Part shown: piece by piece, positions 40,427 through 47,269 of the stretch
How the letters are laid out: each line of letters starts with the position of its first letter
Position numbering within the stretch: position 1 is the stretch's first letter
DNA from: an uncultured Desulfobulbaceae bacterium
GTDB lineage: Bacteria; Desulfobacterota; Desulfobulbia; Desulfobulbales; BM004
Length of the DNA: 64,000 bases
Direction of reading: 5' to 3'
NCBI GenBank assembly: GCA_945787325.1
Contig: CALZHP010000005.1
Coordinates: 476 to 64,475 of the forward strand
The notes under the pieces: generated by a model
Told to the model about the DNA's origin: nothing
Databases searched by the model: none
What the model saw: only the letters and a program-made list of their open reading frames with translations
Program-made: the position numbers and the translations under genes

Positions 40427-40819
40427 ATATATATATTATTAAATTTGATTTGAATAACGATAAAATTTACAGGTGAATTTATTTACCTTAAATAACATTC
40501 TTAAGTTATTCATTAGTCACATAATTTCATATTATCTTTCAGTATCAGTAAATGACTTATTAACATCTAATTATTTCAGTAATATTAATTAAAAATTTGA
40601 AATACTTTGGGAGTTATAAGTCTTATTTTAAAATGTTTTAAGAAAACAATAATTCCTATGTAATGTATTTATATTCCTTGTATCCGGAATTCCTTGCCTT
40701 AATTTCTCTACTTAATTATCGGTTTAATATTTCTTATGTCATTGTTCTATTGTTATATTTGTCTTTATATTTTACACATGTGGCACAATGTGGCAGAAAT
40801 TATTTTTTTATATCGAAAA

Positions 40820-40897
40820 TTGACACATTTTGTCAATTTATAGCCATAATTGACAAAATGTGTCACACAGGGTATACATATTGACAAATATTGTCAA
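40820..40897. promoter_or_regulatory. Array of three 17-bp TTGACA-N5-TGTCAA palindromes (candidate enhancer-binding-protein sites)
   Basis: The three sites are 40820-40836 ttgacacattttgtcaa, 40850-40866 ttgacaaaatgtgtcac and 40881-40897 ttgacaaatattgtcaa. Centre-to-centre spacing is 30-31 bp. They lie 150-230 bp upstream of the sigma54-type promoter. Confidence 0.55.
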
Positions 40898-41046
40898 TTG
40901 TGTTATAGGAAATTTATTTGATAATATTAATATGTTACATGTCATTATTAATGAAAAATGGGAGTGTCATAGTATTATAAATTTTTAAATTAGGTAAATT
41001 AAAAATCAATTTTCTTTTAGCAGACTTTATTTATATCCCCCTACCC

Positions 41047-41062
41047 AGGCACAGTTCTTGCT
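41047..41062 (+). promoter_or_regulatory. Sigma54-type -24/-12 promoter of cytochrome cassette 1
   Basis: aGGCACagttcTTGCt matches TGGCAC-N5-TTGC in 9 of 10 core positions with correct spacing. It lies 87 nt upstream of the ATG at 41148. Confidence 0.6.
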
Positions 41063-41147
41063 ATAAATAACTTTGATTCAAAATATATGTTCTTAAATGA
41101 TAAACTGGAAAGTTAATTGTTAAGTAACTTTTACTAGAGGGAAGAAA

Positions 41148-41498
41148 ATGAGAATTGGAAAAAGTAAATTTTTATTTGGCGTTTTTACATTTTTAATAGC
41201 AGTGAGTTTCATCTGCATTTCTGTAGACAATGCAGATGCTCGTAGAAGACGGAGAAGAAGACCGCCACCACCAGTATCTGAAACTGTTGGTACAGTTGAA
41301 CAGGTAATTCAGAATGAAGAAATTACCATTGTTCAAATAAACAATGGTTCTACTTTATCCTGGGTGGCTACTCCTTCAATACAGGTTTCTGTAGGCGATA
41401 GTATTTCATTAAGACCCGGCAATAGAATTAACGGCCAACACATGAGGAGACTGAACAGAACATTTGATTCCATCATCTACTCTGATGGGCCAAATTGA
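41148..41498 (+). CDS. Small secreted protein, cytochrome-cassette partner (paralog of 46857-47201)
   Basis: RBS gaggga. Signal peptide, then RRRRRRPPPP, then an ~70-aa segment (WVATPSIQVSVGDSISLRPG...RRLNRTFDSIIYS). That segment aligns with WVAVPATDISVGDRVLFKPG...KSLNRTYSRIVLS in the paralog. Confidence 0.7.
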   Translation: MRIGKSKFLFGVFTFLIAVSFICISVDNADARRRRRRRPPPPVSETVGTVEQVIQNEEITIVQINNGSTLSWVATPSIQVSVGDSISLRPGNRINGQHMRRLNRTFDSIIYSDGPN

Positions 41499-41554
41499 TT
41501 TTAATATAAAATGTCTAAGTAACAACAAAATTACAGAAGCTTTGGGAGGTCACG

Positions 41555-44500
41555 ATGGGAAGAGAGGTATTTAAACATAGGCTGCTCTTCTTAACCCTTT
41601 TATGTTTTATAGGGTTATGGGGAGCTATTAACGCTGGCAACGCACAAGCTGTACTTACTGATGCGGATTGTGCCGTCTGCCATGCTGTTGTGGCAGCAGA
41701 TCCAATAACTCCACACCATAACCTTGCTTTTCAGCAAGGTAAATCATGTTCAGAGTGCCATAGGCAGGCTAACCCTGGTTGTACAGACTGCCATGGAGAC
41801 CCAATTGTAGACCCGGCATTTCATGAAAACGCTCACAATAAAATTAGCATAGCAACAGATTGTGCCGCCTGTCATGGAAGCCCGGACATTATTGAAGTTA
41901 CACACATGGAAAACTGCTTTGGTTGTCACGAGAGCACTGATCCAAATATCATCTCTATCATTGACAACGCCATTGCAGATCCCAATGCTTCGGTAAATTG
42001 TGAAACATGTCATGGCATGCTTGGCAACCCTCAACACGCCGACCCGGACCATAGCAGGATTAACATTTTTTCTGAATGTGCAACCTGCCATGGCGATCCT
42101 GAAATTGTTGGTATAACACATCTTGACAACTGTGCTACCTGTCATAGCAGCCCTCGACCAGAAGTACAAACAATTATCGATAATGCGGTTGCTGATCCCA
42201 CCCTGCAAGTTAACTGTGCTGATTGTCACGGTGTACTCGCGGAAGCTCATGCCGCTCCAGATCATACGGAAATTCAAATTTCCGCTGATTGTCAGGAGTG
42301 TCACGGCAGCCCGGATATTGTACCGGTAACCCACTTGAACAACTGTGCTACATGTCATGCCGCACCACAGGCAATTCAGGATATTATAGATGCTGCCCTG
42401 AATAATACTGCGGTTGCTACCTGTAATGCTTGTCATGGTATATTTAATGTACAACATCCTGAGCCTATACATGACAGCCTTTCCATCTTCCCGGAATGTG
42501 CTACATGTCATGGAGACAGTGATATAATTGGCGTAACTCATATGGTGCCTTCTACATATCCATGCGGGTACTGTCATGTCAGCACAGACCAGAATGTTAT
42601 TGATACGATCAGCGCTGGCGCTGCAGGTACACCTGTTAACTGTTCAGGTTGTCATGGTACGCTCGTAGTTGTTCATGCCGCACCGAATCATACTGAAATA
42701 CAGATTTCCGCCGACTGTCAGGCATGTCACGGCAGTGTTGATATCGTGCCGGTAACCCATAATAACAACTGTGCTACCTGCCATGCCGCACCACAGGCAA
42801 TCCAGGATATTATAGATGCTGCCCTGAATAATACTGCAGTAGCTACTTGTAACGCTTGTCATGGTACCTTCCAGGAACAGCACAATAATCCGCAGCACAA
42901 CCAGATTTCAGTATTTTCTGAGTGTGCCACCTGTCATGGGGATGCTGATATTGTCGGTGTAACCCATAGAGGCTTATGTGAATCATGCCATACAAGCACA
43001 AGTCAGAATGTTATTGATACAATCGCTGCTGGTGTAGCTGGTACTCCTGTAGATTGTTCTAACTGCCATGGAGTACTAGCAGAAGCACATGCAGCTCCTG
43101 ATCATACGGAAATTCAGATTTCCGCTGATTGTCAGGATTGCCACGGCAGTACTGACATTGTGCCGGTAACCCATAATAACAACTGTGCTACCTGCCATGC
43201 TGCACCGCAGGCAATACAAGCCATTATAGATGCCGCTCTTAACAACACGGCTACTGCAACTTGTAATGCCTGTCACGGAGTGTTCCAGGAAGTACATGCT
43301 AATGTAACTCACAGCAATGTTGAAATTTCACAGCCATGTACTACATGCCATGGTGTGAACCAGACTCCGATCGGTGTTCATAATGATGATTGTCTGCTGT
43401 GCCACACCAGCACAAGGCCAGATGTCATCCAGACCATTGAGGACGGTAAAGCCGGTCTACTGGTTGGTTGTGTAGACTGTCATGGTAACGTAGACACAAC
43501 TGGCCTGAACCATCTGCCGCAGCATGATACGGAAACGCCAGAGCCATTATGTCTCGATTGCCATGATCCGAACGTTGCTCGTGAGCATTTGAATATATAC
43601 CCCGACATTGTCGAAAACTGTTTCATTTGTCATGGTGATCCAATACTTCAATCTGTAATTGAAGCCGGCAGAAGCTCGAATCCGAATGCAGTAATCATTA
43701 CATGTGCAGACTGCCATATGTTCACAACATTTGAAACCCACAATGTTGCTCATACACAAGTTGTACTTCCGTCCGACGGCTGTATTGACTGCCACGATGC
43801 TAACACTGCTACTGAACATGTTGACGTGAGAGGATGGGGTTGTACAACCTGTCACAGCAGTACACGCCAGGATGTGCAGGATGCAATTGCCAGCGGTAAA
43901 GCTGGAAATCTTGTCAACTGTACAGATTGTCACCAAGGGCCACTTGATCATGCTGCACAGCATGACCACACATTCCTGAACGCACCGGAATGTGCAGACT
44001 GTCATAGTGCTAACGTCGTCACTGAACATGTTGACAACCAGGGCTTTGGCTGCGGTATCTGTCATGACGATCCGCTCCTGGTTGAATTCATTATTAACCC
44101 GGGTATGGCCGGTACCGACATATTCTGTCAGGATTGTCATATACCGCCAACCGATCACACCAATGCTCATAATATGACGGATGTAACTGATCCTGCCTGT
44201 CTTGAGTGTCATGATTCGGATGTATCTGTAGAGCATGTGACAAACAATGGACTCAGCTGTACTGTCTGTCATGGTAACCCTGCATACGATCCTATCATTG
44301 ATAGCGGCAAGGGAGACACAGGTACACTTGTAACCTGTGATGCCTGTCATGGTGCAAACGCAGGAGATCATGTGGCGGCTCATGATATGACCCGTCTCAA
44401 CACAGGCAACTGTGCGGACTGTCACAACGCAAATGTTGTTACTGAACATGTAACTGATCACCTGTTAAGCTGTTCAACATGCCATTCAAGCACAGATCCT

Positions 44501-45952
44501 GCAGTTCAGGCCGCAATTTCTGCTGGTCAGGCCGGCCAGGAAGTATTCTGTTCAGATTGTCATGTCGGAGCCGGTATGCATACCGAACAGCACGATATGG
44601 TCATTCTGCCTGAAGCATACTGCGCAGACTGCCATGCTGGCAATGTGGTTATAGAACATGTTGACAACCGTGGTCTCAGCTGTGATACATGTCATGGCGA
44701 TCCTGTCCTACAGGATATAATTCAGGCAGGAATGAATGGCACTGCGCTTGATTGTTTGGATTGTCATATGACTACAGATCATATTACAGCCCATGACAAT
44801 ACAGATGTACCATCTCCTGAATGTGCCGACTGTCATAACGGCAATGTTGCCACCGAGCACTTCACCGATGGCGGCCTGAGTTGTCTGGTATGTCATGGTA
44901 ACACAGCTTACGATGCAATCATTGCTGCCGGCCAGGCTGGGACACTTGTAACGTGTACTGATTGTCATGGAGTATCTGATCATAGGGATGCGCACGACAT
45001 GACGGTTGTACCGCAGCCTGTTTGCGCTGACTGCCATGATCCGAACGTAGTCGTTGAGCATGTTGATAACCGTGGTTTGGATTGCGGTGTATGCCATAAC
45101 GCAACCTATCAGAGTATCATTGATTCCGGTATAGCCGGCAACCAGGTTAGCTGCCTGGCCTGTCATGGTGATCCGGACCATCATACCAACTCTAATGAAG
45201 CTTTAACCGGTAATTGTACCCATTGTCATGCTCCACCAAACAGCGCAATGGACGCACCTGTTCAGGGAGCTTGTCGTCAATGTCACATAAACAGCAACGG
45301 CTATGTACAGACATTTAATGGTACTACTGTACATGCATTTAATACCAACGGTGCTATTCAGGACTTTGGTGCCTGTTTTGCCTGCCACTCACCGCAGCCT
45401 TACCATGGTAAGCCCAACACTTGGCCTGGCTTTTTCAATGAAAATGCCGTTGCCCCGGGTAGAGGATCTTTTAATATCTTCTTCAGTCAGTTTAATCCGA
45501 GTTGTGCACCTGATTGTGAAGGTACATTCTATGAAGATCTAAACGGATACGGAGAGGACGGTCAACCCCAACGAGATGGTGGCGATACTTGGCGCAATCC
45601 AGCTATTAACTTTGACTGGGTAACAATTGAGCACATGGGTAATATGTATGATGTACCTGCATTCTCAAGCAGCCCAATGAATGGCGGAGGAGGTGATCCT
45701 CCTACCATGAATGACTCCGTGGTTATCACCTATGCTGATTACTCTTCTTGGAGTGATAGACTGACAGTTTACGCTGAGAACGCACTCGATGACGGAGCTA
45801 ATCTGAGCTTAACCTGGTGTGGTGACTCTTATTCAATGAGTTACAGTTCGAATAATGACCGCTGGGAGAAGCAAGTTGATAATGTAAACGACTGTGGTGA
45901 TGTCACTGTAACATCTGACATGGGTGGTAGTGACACTGCAACACCCAATTAA
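41555..45952 (+). CDS. Giant multihaem c-type cytochrome (about 54 CxxCH motifs, 1465 aa), secreted
   Basis: RBS gggagg. Signal peptide ending AQA. My hand count finds 54 CxxCH motifs between residues ~38 and ~1240. A haem-free ~225-aa C-terminal region follows. Confidence 0.9.
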   Translation: MGREVFKHRLLFLTLLCFIGLWGAINAGNAQAVLTDADCAVCHAVVAADPITPHHNLAFQQGKSCSECHRQANPGCTDCHGDPIVDPAFHENAHNKISIATDCAACHGSPDIIEVTHMENCFGCHESTDPNIISIIDNAIADPNASVNCETCHGMLGNPQHADPDHSRINIFSECATCHGDPEIVGITHLDNCATCHSSPRPEVQTIIDNAVADPTLQVNCADCHGVLAEAHAAPDHTEIQISADCQECHGSPDIVPVTHLNNCATCHAAPQAIQDIIDAALNNTAVATCNACHGIFNVQHPEPIHDSLSIFPECATCHGDSDIIGVTHMVPSTYPCGYCHVSTDQNVIDTISAGAAGTPVNCSGCHGTLVVVHAAPNHTEIQISADCQACHGSVDIVPVTHNNNCATCHAAPQAIQDIIDAALNNTAVATCNACHGTFQEQHNNPQHNQISVFSECATCHGDADIVGVTHRGLCESCHTSTSQNVIDTIAAGVAGTPVDCSNCHGVLAEAHAAPDHTEIQISADCQDCHGSTDIVPVTHNNNCATCHAAPQAIQAIIDAALNNTATATCNACHGVFQEVHANVTHSNVEISQPCTTCHGVNQTPIGVHNDDCLLCHTSTRPDVIQTIEDGKAGLLVGCVDCHGNVDTTGLNHLPQHDTETPEPLCLDCHDPNVAREHLNIYPDIVENCFICHGDPILQSVIEAGRSSNPNAVIITCADCHMFTTFETHNVAHTQVVLPSDGCIDCHDANTATEHVDVRGWGCTTCHSSTRQDVQDAIASGKAGNLVNCTDCHQGPLDHAAQHDHTFLNAPECADCHSANVVTEHVDNQGFGCGICHDDPLLVEFIINPGMAGTDIFCQDCHIPPTDHTNAHNMTDVTDPACLECHDSDVSVEHVTNNGLSCTVCHGNPAYDPIIDSGKGDTGTLVTCDACHGANAGDHVAAHDMTRLNTGNCADCHNANVVTEHVTDHLLSCSTCHSSTDPAVQAAISAGQAGQEVFCSDCHVGAGMHTEQHDMVILPEAYCADCHAGNVVIEHVDNRGLSCDTCHGDPVLQDIIQAGMNGTALDCLDCHMTTDHITAHDNTDVPSPECADCHNGNVATEHFTDGGLSCLVCHGNTAYDAIIAAGQAGTLVTCTDCHGVSDHRDAHDMTVVPQPVCADCHDPNVVVEHVDNRGLDCGVCHNATYQSIIDSGIAGNQVSCLACHGDPDHHTNSNEALTGNCTHCHAPPNSAMDAPVQGACRQCHINSNGYVQTFNGTTVHAFNTNGAIQDFGACFACHSPQPYHGKPNTWPGFFNENAVAPGRGSFNIFFSQFNPSCAPDCEGTFYEDLNGYGEDGQPQRDGGDTWRNPAINFDWVTIEHMGNMYDVPAFSSSPMNGGGGDPPTMNDSVVITYADYSSWSDRLTVYAENALDDGANLSLTWCGDSYSMSYSSNNDRWEKQVDNVNDCGDVTVTSDMGGSDTATPN
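42230..43290 (+). repeat. Three tandem near-identical ~414-426-nt coding repeats inside cytochrome 1 (six CxxCH per unit)
   Basis: Units start at about 42230, 42656 and 43070. Long stretches are nearly identical at DNA level. One example is ccggtaacccataataacaactgtgctacctgccatgc.gcacc.caggcaat.ca.g..attatagatgc, which encodes HAAPDHTEIQISADCQxCHGSxDIVPVTHxNNCATCHAAPQAIQxIIDAALNNTAxATCNACHG. Confidence 0.8.
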
Positions 45953-45991
45953 TATAAACCAACTGCTTTATTATAAGCAGTACAAACCAAA

Positions 45992-46030
45992 AGGGGCGGC
46001 TTCGTGAATCGAGGCCGCCTCTTTTTTTTA
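45992..46030 (+). terminator. Rho-independent terminator of cassette 1
   Basis: Stem aggggcggcttcg / cgaggccgcctct (with G-U pairs) and loop tgaat, followed by ttttttt. Confidence 0.8.
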
Positions 46031-46270
46031 TCTATTGTATGCATGGATTAAAAGAACCTTCTTCCTGTTTACAGAATTAGATATCTTTGAAGTACTTATT
46101 CAGTTTCCTAAAAATGAAGCATATACAACCTTGATCATTTAGTAAGATTACCGCTTCCTCCTAAATAAATTTCCAGTAAATTTGCAGGATATTCTCAAAG
46201 TGAAAATACATTCTTATTCACTGTACAAACTTAACCAAATTGTAATTTATGTAATTTCTGTTTATTATCA

Positions 46271-46465
46271 ATGATAAGTGAGACCGCCCGCTATCGCTCA
46301 CCTGTCTCACTTATCGCCGGCTGTTGAGCCCTTCGGCACGAACACCCTCGAGCGTTGCTCACGCTCCACCCTTTAAATGCGTTCTAACAAACTGCGTCTG
46401 CGGTCATTTATAAACATGAATGATTATAAAAGGTACGCGGGCTCGCGGCTCAACAGCCGGCGTTA
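46271..46465 (+). repeat. ~195-nt structured repeat, copy B
   Basis: See copy A. Copy B has the 12-bp hairpin gataagtgagac/gtctcacttatc (46274-46314). It also has a perfect 15-bp long-range stem, gccggctgttgagcc (46316-46330) with ggctcaacagccggc (46447-46461). Confidence 0.7.
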
Positions 46466-46607
46466 TGTTTTATAATAAGTGTAGACATTTTAATTCCTTA
46501 GCTATTACAACTATCTCAATCCTCATATTTTTGATGATACTACGTCAATCTTAACTTGATTCTTCAAATAATTAAATCGCAATATAAATTGATAAAAACA
46601 AACCAAC

Positions 46608-46655
46608 TTGACACAAAATGTCAGCTCAATATCGAATATTGACATTAATTGTCAC
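46608..46655. promoter_or_regulatory. Two 17-bp TTGACA-N5-TGTCA palindromes upstream of cassette 2
   Basis: Sites are 46608-46624 ttgacacaaaatgtcag and 46639-46655 ttgacattaattgtcac, spaced 31 bp apart. They lie 100-150 bp upstream of the sigma54-type promoter. The half-site is the same as in cassette 1. Confidence 0.55.
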
Positions 46656-46753
46656 TTCCCCGTGTTTTTCTTTTTTACAACAACAACTCATAAATATAGC
46701 CTTTTCTTTGATGTCAAAGGGATAATGATATATATCTTGTTTAATAATCTTAT

Positions 46754-46769
46754 AGGCACATATTTTGCT
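46754..46769 (+). promoter_or_regulatory. Sigma54-type -24/-12 promoter of cytochrome cassette 2
   Basis: aGGCACatattTTGCt has the same core and spacing as the cassette 1 promoter. It lies 89 nt upstream of the ATG at 46857. Confidence 0.6.
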
Positions 46770-46856
46770 TGTTTATGTTTTAATTGCTGTTATACGGACT
46801 TTATAGTTCGTAATTGCGAACAAAAAGGTAAAATTAAAGATTAGGTGGAGCTGAGT

Positions 46857-47201
46857 ATGACCAAATTGAATTATAAACAAAAACTCTTTATTGCTATCCT
46901 GTCTGTTTTCATCTTTACACTCTTTGGATTTTTAAATTTCAAAACTTCTCCATCAATCGCAGCCGAAATACAAATGGATACAGTTTCTGGGTCCGTTGTT
47001 GAAGCACACAATGTTGGAGACCGACTACTTGTATTAATTAAAAACAGAAAGGACATGTCCAAGAAGTGGGTTGCCGTTCCAGCAACTGATATTTCTGTTG
47101 GTGACAGGGTCTTATTTAAGCCCGGTATAGTTATGAATAATTTCAATATAAAAAGTTTAAACAGAACTTATTCAAGAATTGTATTATCACCCGGATCTTG
47201 A
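46857..47201 (+). CDS. Small secreted protein, cytochrome-cassette partner (paralog of 41148-41498)
   Basis: I chose the ATG at 46857 because aggtggag lies 8 nt upstream; the track starts at the GTG at 46845. Signal/TM segment LFIAILSVFIFTLFGFL. The C-terminal segment is homologous to the cassette 1 partner. Confidence 0.7.
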   Translation: MTKLNYKQKLFIAILSVFIFTLFGFLNFKTSPSIAAEIQMDTVSGSVVEAHNVGDRLLVLIKNRKDMSKKWVAVPATDISVGDRVLFKPGIVMNNFNIKSLNRTYSRIVLSPGS

Positions 47202-47269
47202 TCCGAGTCACTAATATAGGTTGAAGCATGAACGCAACTATTAAGGAAGGGAAAATCGGGAGGTATCAA

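Noticed and set aside
40781-40796. tggcacaatgtggcag as an additional sigma54 promoter.
   Set aside because: It has the TGGCAC -24 element, but GGCA instead of TTGC at the -12 position. It also lies upstream of the palindrome array rather than downstream.
41750-44461. Long minus-strand ORFs inside cytochrome 1 (41750-42577 of 275 aa, 42644-42898, 43076-43312, 43547-44461 of 304 aa), with similar ones inside cytochrome 2 (47576-48025, 48500-48778).
   Set aside because: They are antisense to a strongly supported CxxCH-repeat coding frame. Their odd composition (M/T/V/C-rich, repetitive) is the mirror image of the TG(T/C)-x-x-TG(T/C)-CA(T/C) codon periodicity. They have no RBS and no independent motif.
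40229-46465. The inverted repeat pair acting as a phase-variable invertible promoter switch.
   Set aside because: The segment between the repeats contains the whole cassette, including its own palindromes, promoter and terminator. Inversion would therefore not uncouple promoter and gene. No recombinase is adjacent. The idea is kept only as a recombination-substrate hypothesis.
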